Of a DNA stretch of 64,000 bases, positions 11,190-23,490 are shown one piece after another. The DNA lies in assembly GCF_037042905.1 (NCBI RefSeq), contig NC_087245.1, forward strand, positions 11,906,001-11,970,000, in the 5' to 3' direction. Made by a program: the position numbers and the translations under genes. Position 1 is the stretch's first letter; each line of letters starts with the position of its first letter. The notes under the pieces are model-generated. The model was given only the letters and a program-made list of their open reading frames with translations, was not told where the DNA came from and did not search any database. This DNA comes from Lytechinus pictus. Its lineage: Eukaryota.

Positions 11190-13928
11190 ATGGGGTATGA
11201 GGTGGCCCGATTTGTTGGTGAGGTGGATGAAGAACTCATCTGTCCAATCTGTAGTGCAGTGCTTGAAGACCCTCAGCAGGTATGTAGGCTATTTCAAAGA
11301 TCTCTCTTGTTGCTTTTCGGTCATTCCTTTTGGCTTGGGGAAATAAATCGCAAGATGTCCATGTAATATTTCATTTCACTATGAAGATTAGTTCAGATGT
11401 TACCAAGTTTTGATACTGTGTCAATGTGAGGATAGTCTCTCACCATTGGGTTCTTTAGTTATATTTTCTTGATTTTATTTTGTAAAGATATCAGAAAGAT
11501 GTACTGTATATCATCTTATCTGATTTTCATATAATATAACAAAATGTATTTTACATTGTGATAGTTTTTAAGTCAAAGTTCATGTTCATTGTACATGTAG
11601 CCTACATACAAATTAGAACAAATTAATGCAGACTTGAGATTTTGAATTGATACAAAAGTTGGAGGCCTTGGACCTGGGCTTGCGACTGTAATTGCACGCA
11701 TATTTGGGTGTTGCCCGTGTGCATGCAAGTCTTTTAAAAAGTTGTTCAATCTCAATATCAGGCAAATTTAAAATACATGTTTATCCAGTACAAATAAAAA
11801 TAAGGTAAACCATTGAGTCAATAAAATGACTTGCATTGATACACATATAGAAAAAGAAATATCACCATTGGCAGTGAGGCATGGAATATGTAAATATCAA
11901 ACAAGGCAACAAGCTCATGTCACGTTACCCTACACGTATGATGCAAGGTTGGCTTTAAATAGATGAAGTTTGTTCAAAGTTTGTCCGGGGTCATGCTGGA
12001 GAAAGAGTTTAAATCAAATGCAACTTATTTTTCAACCAATGAGCTGTGTGCATTTAATTAGATTTTTTTAAGTTGTGTTACATGTAAAATGCAATTCTGC
12101 AATAGATCCCTGGTCATGAGATTGAAATGTGGATGAAACTGGCCTAAAATGTTTTTAACGATTAGTTATGTTGCACCCAAGATTTGGTAGACCTATATGC
12201 TGTACACGTTTACAAGAAAAACTTTGAAGTCTCTGAATGAAATATGACAATAGTCATTTTTCCCATGCAAGGCAAGGCCATATTATTACTAGCAAAACAA
12301 GGAAGTTTTATTTGATTATGAGTATGTAGAACTACTCCATGCAGGCATGCATTCTAGAAAGTGAATTACATGTATACCAACCACTTCAGTTACAGTATAC
12401 TGCATGTATGAATTTTATCACACTCAACTCCTCAAAACCCGGGATTGAATCTATTACGAACTTATTTTCCGATTACCATAATGATACACAGTATGTTGGG
12501 TCCCTTGATTTTTGCATGTGCATCATCTTAGTATGCAATAGCTCCTGAAAATGCATTTTTGTGTTTGAGCTTTGTTCCGCATGGATTTCAGAATATGATC
12601 CTCTTTGATACAAAACGTTATTTGACTAGAAATTTTCAACATAGTTGTTGGTTAGCCATCTGTAACTGATGGCAGATTTCTGAATAAGCTATCATTACAC
12701 AGTATGATAGTTATCTATGAACTGAACTCGAATCATTGAAACTCAGATGATTTTATTATTGCAATTTGCCTGTCACTATCAGTTCACTGCACATGTATAT
12801 TGCAGCATGAAGAGTATCACTAATGTCCTACTAACATACACAATGTATGACTTGGGAAGTTGTTAGAATAAAGTATGTAAACTCCATGAGACATTCTTTG
12901 AAAATAATCGAAATGATAAAATGTATTCTACATACTTGCTGGATTATGATATTAATAATTTAGTGTAATATACCATTGGTTTATTAAATAGTCTTTTTGA
13001 ACTTATACATGTAGAGGTCGAGTATTGACAGCATACATTAATTTTCATTCTCTTTTAGGCACCAGAATGTGAACATGCTTTTTGTTCTACCTGCATCCAA
13101 GAATGGTTATCTCGTCAGCAGACCTGCCCTGTAGACCGTAACCACATAACATCTCAGCAGCTCAAACCTGTGCCTCGTATCTTGCGCAACCTCCTTGCCC
13201 GCCTCCAGATTCGCTGCGACAACGAAGGCTTCGGCTGTGCCTCCGTTGTCCGTTTAGATTCCCTGCAGCAGCACCTTCAGGAATGCGAGCACAACCCCAA
13301 GCGTCCTATACAGTGTGACAAAGGATGTGGTATGGTCATCCCCAAGGATGAGGTCAAAGACCACAATTGCGTCCGGGAGTTGAGGCTCCTGGTACAGAAC
13401 CAGTCCAACAAGCTTGGTGAGCAGGAAACGGAATTGACAGAGATCCGAAGCCAACTGTCGGAGCATCGTCGCGAGATGCAGATGTTGAAAGAGTACATCC
13501 GCGCCATACGGATCTCCAACCCAAACACAAGCCCTTCAGTCCGTGCGATCGAGGATGAAATTGAGAACAATGAAGTGGTGCGATGGGTGAACTCCATGCC
13601 CCTTGCTCGTGTTACCCGCTGGGGCGGGATGATTTCCACACCGGACGTTGTTCTTCAGACAGTCATCAAGCGTTCCCTCCTTGAAAGTCACTGTCCAGCT
13701 CATATTGTTGCAGAACTAATGGAGAATGCCCATGAGCGCAACTGGCCACCAGGGCTTAGCACCCTTGAGACACGTCAGATGAATCGCCACACCTATGAAC
13801 AATACGTCTGTCGTAGGATACCAAGTAAGCAGGCAGTGCTTGTGATGGCATGTGACAATGCTCATATGGGAGAAGACTTCACATTGGACCCTGGTTTGGT
13901 CATGATCTTTGCACATGGGATAGAATGA
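11190..13928 (+). CDS. RNF41: E3 ubiquitin-protein ligase NRDP1 (RING finger, TRAF/SIAH-type zinc finger, coiled coil, C-terminal USP8-interacting domain), 319 aa
   Basis: Coding exon 11190-11279 (MGYEVARFVGEVDEELICPICSAVLEDPQQ, donor GTATGT, acceptor TTGCAG ending 11152). Coding exon 13059-13928 (APECEHAFCSTCIQEWLSRQQTCPVDR...ARVTRWGGMISTPD...NAHERNWPPGLSTLETRQMNR...PGLVMIFAHGIE*). Strongly matches the vertebrate RNF41 sequence as recalled. Upstream non-coding exon(s) not placed. Confidence 0.97.
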
Positions 13929-16542
13929 TATCCTCATAGTAGAATGCAATATTCTCAAACAATAGAAAAGAAACTTGATCATTCTTTGCAATTGAAGACT
14001 TATGGTAGTATAAGCTCAGGTTTTGAGCAGTTGAAGCAGTACCTGCTCATTTTTTATTTGAGTTTAATATGTGTCTCTTGGATTCTAACTTATTGTGGAC
14101 AGTATAGTATTTTTTCTGGCACAATGTTTAGTTGTAAAATGCAGCCTGTTTGGCTTCCTGTACATGTATATTACACATCTGCCTTGAGGGAGTTATTTTG
14201 TTGCATTCTTTATTGGTAGAGAATTACAAGTTTAATTATATGCAATTTGAATTGTGTTCTAGCAGATTTGAGATGATATGTTGCTTGCTGAGAGAATACT
14301 TTTCATAGTTTGATATTTAAAGACTAAGTATTTGTTTGACCTTTGAAACATACCGGGGTATATGTTTCTAAATAAATAAAGGGAATTTAAGGCTTAGCAG
14401 TAATTGGGACAATAATCAATGCTTAAATGGAGCAATGGTTGGCTATTAATTTTATAAACAAAAGGATGAATATTATCTTTATGTATACGTGTCTTGCCTG
14501 CGGCTGTTGCAAATTTATTCCTATTTCAGTGTGTTTATTTGGCTTGCCGTAATGTGACGTATAGATTTATATGTTACTATGTACTTGCTTTATAGTAAAC
14601 TCTTTAAATGGACTTTATGGAATAATGTATTACATGGTTTTTATACATGTACACCATTTTTAGTTTCTGGTGTTGAAATTTGGAGTCTTCTTTCATTTAC
14701 TGAATGCTATAAAAGACTAAGTTACCGGATAGATAATATATATATTTTAAATTCTAAACAAGTTTACATTTCTACATGTAAATGGGAAGGTTGATCAGGG
14801 AAGAGTGTTTTCACAAACAAAATTGCTCTCAGCCATTCAGCCACAAGGATTTTAGTAGTTAACAACATTTTTCAGAGAAAATCACTGACAAATCACTTCA
14901 TGAAACTCTAACTATGTCATAATCAATCTCTGGACTCTGCCTTTCTTTAGGAGTCAGACATTGCTAGAAATTTTGGATAGATTACATGAAATCTGTCATC
15001 ATTTACAGGTCAATCTTAGGCCACAAACATTTTTGTTTTGTTTTGAAATTGCAAATTATTAGATGGATTGCCAGTCTGCATTTTGATAAAGTTTTCAAAT
15101 GATAAATTTATTTGCAACACCCCTCTTAGTCTTTTTTTTTTAATCTCCTCTATCTTTAACTGCTTCTAATTAGTGCTCTCAGTTATATACTCTTCTGATA
15201 TGTTGCAAGTGGAGCATTTTGATATATTTAGAAGATCTTAGATAGTACTAAGGTCTGGACTTAAGTGAACTACAGAAGGGGTTCATTTACAGACGCGGTT
15301 GAGCACGTCAGGTATTGCTTTGTGTTTAACAGGTCTGGTAATGGAAAAGTCTCTCAATGTATTGTAAATTGACGACAAAGTGCAACTTTCCCCCTAAAAA
15401 AATATAGAAAACACTGATTACTGTAAAATTCAGTATTGCTGCTGAGGTGATAAAACTGGGATCTGAAACCAGTTGCAATATTCAAGAGAGTGACAAAACA
15501 TGGCTTCCTTCCTGTATCAATGGGATAGTCTCTTGTTTGACATAACATTCATGAAACTTTCAATGTAGAGAAAGTGAGATTTGGACAGGAGCTGAGATGA
15601 ACTATTATGGTCACTTAGCCATTCAGGGCACAGCAGGCAATAAGTTTCAAGGAATCCATCAAAGTTTTTAGTGGATGGCAAAGTTAGCATCATAGTACTT
15701 AACTCATACAAAAGAGCCAATGCCAGTGTGACACAACTTTAATTTGGTTGGCTGTGTATGGTAATGATATGGCTTTCAGGATTATTTATATATTTTTCCT
15801 CTACTCAAAATCTTATGTTTTATTGAGAATGTAACATAATTTGTGCATACCATTATTCAAACTTTTTGGAGAACTGAATACTTGCAGAATGCCTGCCCAT
15901 TGGGTTGTGGACAAAGGCTTGAAGTATCACCTACATGTTAGCTTAATGTGTGTAGCTGAATAACGCTAGAGTGCTATGTTCTCATTTTCCCAATTTTAAT
16001 TTTCAAAAGAAAAAAAATCAAGGATGGTCGTGTTGTAATATACCTCTGCATATTAGACAGTACTTCATTGTAGTACTGTAGTACAACCAAGTGAAGACAA
16101 AAGGGATGGTTTTGATAGACTAATACTTTCTAAAGGTACATACATTCATTTCTCGAACCTAAAATAAACAAAAAATGTAGGGTGTGTATTACTTTGCTAG
16201 TCTTCGTCAGGTTTGACGAAGCTTGTAGCCTAGCAAGCGAAAGCTTACCAAAAAACAATTCATGATTGTGAAATAAATAATGTTTTTCTCAAGTCAAGAT
16301 AGTTGTGAGCAATTACATTCAAATGAAGATTTGGATCTTGAGTGCTTCATTTGATAATGAAAAGTACATGATTGATTTTATATTCAATTTGTATTTGATC
16401 AAATGTAACTCATAGGAAGATATGGGCTCGGACTTTGTAAAGTTAACAATTACATGTTTTCAATAGTTTATTCAGAGAAATAGGATCTATTGTGGCATTA
16501 AACTTTCATCCTCTTGGTTAATTTATATTGGTCTGAATAATT

Positions 16543-16793
16543 GTAATAATAATAATGATTTGATAATAATAACAATAATAATAATAATAATTATAATAAT
16601 AATAATAATTATAATAATAATAATAATGATGATAATAATAATGATAATAATAATAATAATAGTAATAATAATGATAATAATAATAATGATAATAATAATA
16701 AAATTAATAATAATAATGATAATGATAATAATAATAATGATAATAAAAGTAATAATAATAATATTAATAATAATAATTATAATAATAATAATA
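16543..16793. repeat. (AAT)n imperfect microsatellite
   Basis: ~250 bp of AAT/GAT triplets; source of the poly-Ile ORF. Probably lies within the RNF41 3' UTR. Confidence 0.95.
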
Positions 16794-19168
16794 GAAAGCC
16801 ATAGCCTAATTTTACCTGTGGATCAGATAATATAACTGCTTCAAACAATGGCATGATGCATCAAGTATGTTCTTGTACTCTATTATATTTAGACCCTTGG
16901 AATTGATTTAAGTTTCAATAAGGTTCTGTACACAGAGACTACTCCCATGGTGTGGTATTCCTTTTCTTTGGCACTGAATTCCTATTTTGATTTCTTTCAA
17001 GGTTTGAAAACAAAAATAATGGAGACTGTTGTGTAAATACTGAATAGCATTTGCCATTTCATTGAAGCTATTATCTGCAAGCAGTGGTGTAGAATAAGGA
17101 CTCCAGTTACAACCATACATGCATTGCCAACTTTTAGAAATGATTGCATAATCAAGAACTTTTGATGAACCTGCATATATTTGTTTGTATTCTTATAGCA
17201 TCTGTCATAACAGTCTAACTTAGTCTAACGTAAATGTGTATTGCACTTATGTTTTGACTGCTTGTTTCAAAAATTTAGTTTGTAATGAAATAAGAAGTGA
17301 TAACAAATGCAGAAGCCAGAAGGCTCCATGTACATGTACTGTAGTCTATGTATAAATGTGGACTAAATTTTGTTCTATCTCATTGTTACCATAGTTTAAT
17401 GTGAGAATTTCTTTGATTTAATCTTATAGATGGTTTTAAGATTTAAACCAAGCTTTCTTTAAATATCTGTTTTATTTTGGCTGTTGAATATGATTTCAAA
17501 TAGTTTCTTGCCTTAAGATGATAAATACTTTGATTTTACTTAATTCTTATATCATGTATATGTCTAACTTGAAAGTTGTGTGTACATGGAGTCGGAATAC
17601 AGTGACCGACAAAAAAAAAAAACTTTGTTTTCCTTCTAATCATGATCATTTGTCAAAACAGGACATGATATCTCAAAGGATTTCACCCAAATAAATATAG
17701 AACACAAACAAAGGAGCAGCAACATTCAACACATAACCAATCGATTATCCTTAATTTGTAACTTATGCAGATCACTCATGCCTTTTAGCTGAAAGCAATT
17801 TTGCTCTCTCTGCATACTGCGTACAAGATACCATTGTTTATACTGTTATAGACTACATGTATGTACATGTATGTACCATCTGTTTGCTTGTGTTGAAAAT
17901 GTCTATCCATTCAAATTAGCCACTGAAGATAGAAACAACACAAATACTATTAGTTTTCTACTTGAATTATTGTATGCTTTTTGTTTGTTTTTTTAAACAA
18001 GAAATGACATCACAATCTGTTGATTGGTATATAGGATGGTTTGTAATTTGAAAAGTTCAATTGAATCACATGTTTATGTCCAGTTTTAAAGGCCTCTTCA
18101 AATTCAGCTTCACATTATTTTTTTGTCTTCTTTGAAATACATTAATTAAATTGATCAAATTCTAGTAGTTTGATTTATTCAATGCCCATTGCAAAAAGAG
18201 ATGTGTTTAAACACAACTATTGAAAAAAAATCAAATCTTTGAATCAACTCTTCTGAATGTTTATTAGTTTTCTCTGAATTTTTAAATTTTGTTTGATTGC
18301 AACTATTTCTGCAATGGGCCCCTGAACACTTTAGACCACTTCAAACATACCAGCAAAACTTCTCATTAGAAATTAGTAGTTGTTTCCTCAGTAAGTTTAT
18401 TGTTGCCTGTTGAGATTTGTACAGTTACAAAAAATTGAAGACACAAATAAATGATTTGATGGAATTTAAATGAAATATTTAATCAAATCATTGTATGCCA
18501 GGTTTATTACAATTGACTGTTTATTGGTGGTATTTTTGTATGTAACAGGGCCTTAAAATTAAACATTGTCATCTGGTTAAGAGCTTTACAACTCAAGCAA
18601 GCAATTTATTCACAGACAAGAAAGAAAAGAATGATTACTTCTCTAGAACGGAGGAAAAATCAGTAATTAGTGTCAATACTGTAAAAAAATACATTTTATA
18701 GAATAACATAAGATGATGATATTTTGGTTGCTAAATTTGTAAATTATGATATCTTTTTTTACTTTGTGACATACAAATGTCAGCAAATGTCAGTATGAGT
18801 AAATGAGCAACTATACTTCACCGTCATTTGATCTATTGGTTATTTTGCTTCTCTGTGTTTCGGGGTTAGTTGTTATTAATTGGTGGAATTTACTTGTTTT
18901 TGTGCAAATATTTACTGAATACTGTTCATATACTGTGTAATATGTCCTTATTGACTTATATAATAAAATACTTCTTGGCGTATTAAATACTGCATATATG
19001 AGACTATTAGTTGTTTAGTTTTGAAGATTCTGACATCAATATCTCTGAGATGATTGGGACTTGGGGTGTTTCATAAAGCTAATTCCAAGTTTATGAACGA
19101 CTTTAAAAATGACTGGAACATAGTTTTGGTTGCAGCATCAGATATAATCAATCATCAATCCCCATTAA

Positions 19169-19769
19169 AGGGGAATCCAGCCTTAGTCATAAAGTGTTGT
19201 GTTGGTAAGGAGAAAATTAAATTTAACAGAATGGTGAAAGTTTGAAAGAAATCGGACAAGCAATAAGAAAGTTAAAGCTGCTTTAAAATTGAGATCACTA
19301 ATACTATGTAGTTTTCAAATTGGCAACTGGGTAAGTAAATTATGACAAGGGGCAAGGACAACTTACCCATAGGCCATGTACTTTATTATCAGGGATTTGT
19401 GATTTTCTCCTAAGTACCAATTCCCCTGGGGCAGTAATCTAAATATAACCCAGGTAGTATATTGTTTTATGTCCTCCTGAAAGAAAAATATATATTGAAA
19501 TAAAACTTTTGGGAAAAATGACATTTTAGCCATAATATGTATTGGAGTACATGGAAGAGTAGTCCTTGCCTTACATCACTAATCTATGGCATCCCATATG
19601 CGGCCAATTTGAAGTCTCCATGGGTATAGTGATTACCAATATTTACAACTTTTAAAAATTCCTAACTTTCTTGTTGTTTGTCCGATATTGTTCAAACTTT
19701 CACCTATCAACTTGTCTGATTTTTTCTTTTCCTTATAAAAACAAGTTTTTATTTGGGTTGGATTCCCCT
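19169..19769. mobile_element. Kolobok/T2-like MITE (TTAA TSD) nested in an older GGGGTGTTTCATAAAG-type MITE (~19063-19893)
   Basis: TTAA|AGGGGAATCCAGCC ... GGTTGGATTCCCCT|TTAA. Outer inverted ends GTGTTTCATAAAGCT (~19066) and AGCTATGAAACAC (~19881-19893). Confidence 0.8.
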
Positions 19770-22034
19770 TTAAGCTAAGGTTGAACTCCGAACACTTTAT
19801 TTAAACACCAGGAAAAATATGGGTAACTCACTTAGTACAAGAACATCAGTCGTTTGTAAACTTGTTCTAATTTTTTTTAAAGCTATGAAACACAAAATTG
19901 TATGAATCTATAAAGAAAGTTTACACTGACATTCCCTAATTAGTATGTTTTATCATTATGGTTTTGATGGATAAGACACTGGTGTAGTTGGTGTTTGTTG
20001 TTTGAGCTTTGATGATAAACTGCATATTATGTGAATTGTGTCAGTGGATACGAGAGCCGTTGTGATAACGATATGATGTTGATAAAGACAATATTAAAAT
20101 TGTCTATCCGTTCTTCAGCTGGTTGAAAGATGTATCTAGAAATTGGCAGACGGTCTAGCGAGTTGAAAAATACATTCAAAGTTGAATTCCCGCCATCTTG
20201 CACCATCTGACCTTTTTATTTAAACAGAGACAATAGTTTAAAGGTAACATAATGTGACAGTGCCTGTCATATGATGAATATAAATTTTATATTTGTCATG
20301 TTCAGTTATGATGTTGGTGAATAGATAGGTCCTATGTGACGAAAGATAATTGTGCCCTTGTGGATTTGAATGACAATTATAATGCCCTCCTAATCTTCAT
20401 TTTTAGTATGATTTTATTGTTATCAGAATTATAATCATCGTGATGCTAGTGATAATGATATATTCACGGATCGGATAGATGTAACTGATTTTTTTCATTA
20501 ATATTTTATTCTTTATTTGATTGATTCTATCAATATCCAAGTATATTGTACGTGTTACGGTTAATCTAGGCTTAATTGGGTTTACAATCTCCTCTTTCTC
20601 TCCTATCGCCCCTCCAAACCTCCATTTTCTCTCTTCCTCTTTTCACGTTCACTCCTCTTATATTCTGTCTTTCTGATTCAAATTACGAAACGTACATAAA
20701 AGAAAACATCTCAACATTTAATGTGTAAACATTCTTTTCTTTTTATAAATCTACATGTTTGTTGGCTCTTTCTTTAACAAATTAGTAATAAGGTATCACA
20801 CGACTAGACTACCGATTCAAAGAGTGAAATAAGATAAGCTGTATACCAGTTTAAACAGGCACAGATCCAAGGGGAGGGCCAAAGGGCCCCTTTTTTACCC
20901 TAATTTGTATAACGATAGTACTTCATATGTAGTGCAACATCACTGTTGGAAGTGAAGATGAAACTAGGTCAGTTTGGGGGAGAGAATTCGATTTTCTAGT
21001 ATGCAGCGCTTAGAAAAATTTTTATTAAGCGCTTTATAAATATTGCTTATCATTATTGATAATATTATTATTGTTGTTGTTATTATTTCATTTATTATTA
21101 TTTTCCCTTCAATTCCCAATACTGCTTCCTTTCTCAAGAACTCAATTCATTTTTCTCTCTCCGTATTACAGTGTAACAATGTCGACTTTTAATGTGTTGT
21201 ATAAAATGTGTTCTTTTGATTGTTTTATGTATATATGTATTGTGCAGGGCCCTGGTTGACAACAGTGTCTAAACCACTGAACAGGCTACCCTGGGTAAAG
21301 AAGACAAATAAAAAAATAAAATAAAAAATATTATTATTTTCTCATCAATTGATTTTGGGGAAAAGGAAATAAGAATATTTTAAAAATATTAACCCCGTTT
21401 TTTATCTGAAAGGGGGGTGGGGGCTTGCCAAAAAAATCGTCGCGTCCCCCCCCCCCCCCCCCATTTTGAAATCTTGGGTCCTGCATTTTGGACAAACCGT
21501 TCTCATCATAAATAATAATGTTCTTTGTATTCTTGGGTGTCATACCGGGTACCTCATGGCTTTTCATAATGATATTAGGGAAGCCCTGCAATTTTCATAC
21601 AACATGTTTAAGAATTTGCTTATATTCTCTATATTTTTTTAATAGTTAGCATTTTAATAATTTAGTGATGTAATATTTTCATACGAAATAATTGTCTTAA
21701 AATTTATGAATAGAAGTCATTTTTCGGATAAAACGAATTTTACAAGTCACTAAATGTTATACTTTTTGGTACAATCGGCCATTTACGATCCATGTACGTA
21801 TACTCCTATTCCTCTTAAGCAATATTTAATCCATCTTTGCTCTCCTGACTCACGGGTCTCTCGTCTGAGGAAAAAAAAAAAAAACAGTGAGAATAGCTCA
21901 GAATTATTAACTTTTAAATTTTTTGAAAATTGAAAACAATGAAAAACTAATAGTAAAATAATGAATGAATACAAAATAAAAATAAATAATTCAGTTGTTT
22001 TATTTTAATTTGAAAAATTGCTAGTTATGTTTAA

Positions 22035-23024
22035 AAAGGAAGTTTACCCTGAAGAAAGTTTGTTATAAAAATAAAAAGAGATTATAAAAAAATATTGGTG
22101 AAGTTTTGAAGAAAATCCATTAAAGATTAAGAAAGTTATTAAAATTTGAAGTTTTGGATTTGTGGCGTCATAAACGAGTAGCTGCCCATTATGTAATATA
22201 AAATGCATAAATTTCATTTTTTTAATGATTCATGATGACTTATTTTGTTTTCTTTTTAGAAATGGGTGTGAAACCCGGGGGCACATACATTGACGAGTGG
22301 ATACCATGCGCGACCCCCAAAACACGTAAAAACGATGTCTTTTTCAAGATAGGGCACGTTACGTACGTAACGTAATAAGGGTGTCAAAAACACTAAAATA
22401 ATGAAAAAAGGGTATCTATTTCGCTAGGAAAGGTACGTGTTTAGGGTGAAATTTGCGAGGGTATAAAAAAGATAATTTTTTTTTTATAAAGGATGTACTT
22501 TTTGCCCCAACAGTCAACACTACGTGTTTATTTCGATTTGCGCGAGGTGTAGGAGGTGGGACCGTACTATTGATGTAGGTAAAGATAATACCGACGACCA
22601 ACGTCTGTGACATAAAAATATGACTGTACTTGTTAAGGGGTTCAAATTCAGGGAATATACTTGCCAAGGGTATCGTTTTGTTTCCGATACTTGTTCAGCG
22701 TAGGGTTTTACACGCCAACACTTGTTAAGGGGTGCATTTTCAGAATATGGAAAATACTTGTTTAGGGTGCTTTTCTTTATTAATATAATAAAGGTACAGT
22801 AAAAACCATGTTCAATTTTCGCAGAGATTGACATTTCATTGATTTTTTTTACCATACAATATGTAGGAAAGCTGCTTGATATGACGTCACAAATCAAATA
22901 ATTGACATTCTAATAACTTTTTTTTTATTCTTTGATGGATTTTTCTCAAACCTTGGGCAATATTTTTTATTATTTTATCTGTTATTTTTACAATAAACTT
23001 TTTGTCAGGGTGAACATTCACTTT
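22035..23024. mobile_element. Degenerate TTAA-type MITE interrupted by a nested CCCGGGGG-starting repeat element (~22273-22775)
   Basis: TTAA-AAAGGAAGTTTACCCTGA ... TCAGGGTGAACATTCACTTT. The arms mirror each other (AAAATATTGGTGAAGTTTTGAAGAAAATCCATTAAAGA vs TCTTTGATGGATTTTTCTCAAACCTTGGGCAATATTTT). The inner block has recurring TTAGGGTG/TAAGGGG subunits. Confidence 0.6.
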
Positions 23025-23490
23025 GAGACCCCATTCCCCATTACATCATTTTGTGAATAGGCCTATCATTACTCTTTCTTTTCTCCTTGTTTCAAACGAT
23101 ACTTTAGCCATTATGCTTTATTTTCTTCCATACAAAACACCCGTTTAAGCAAATAATTCTGTGCTTTTCTTTACCTTTTTTAATCGTCAATGAATCTGGT
23201 TCTTCTGAAATCAACAATTTTAATCAGTCATTTTTATTTCTTGAACACTGCTTTGAATAATATTTCTTTTAAAAGAATATTAAAAAAAATCAATATGAAA
23301 CGAATAGGTCTCATATTAAATAAATATATACACAGTATATAAGAAAGTATAAATTTACCAAAATACTCTGGTGAACACATGAGTGATCTTTCTTCCTTCG
23401 TGAGAAGCTATCAGGGCATGAGAAAATATCTGTTAACAAGGGGAAAACGGTAGAATAGTTAGTTGCTATAGCATCTAAACGATTCCTCGT

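Noticed and set aside
13254..13991. Antisense ORFs overlapping the second RNF41 coding exon
   Set aside because: Shadow ORFs of the real coding exon with no independent features.
16560..16835. Poly-Ile ORF
   Set aside because: Translation of an (AAT)n microsatellite.
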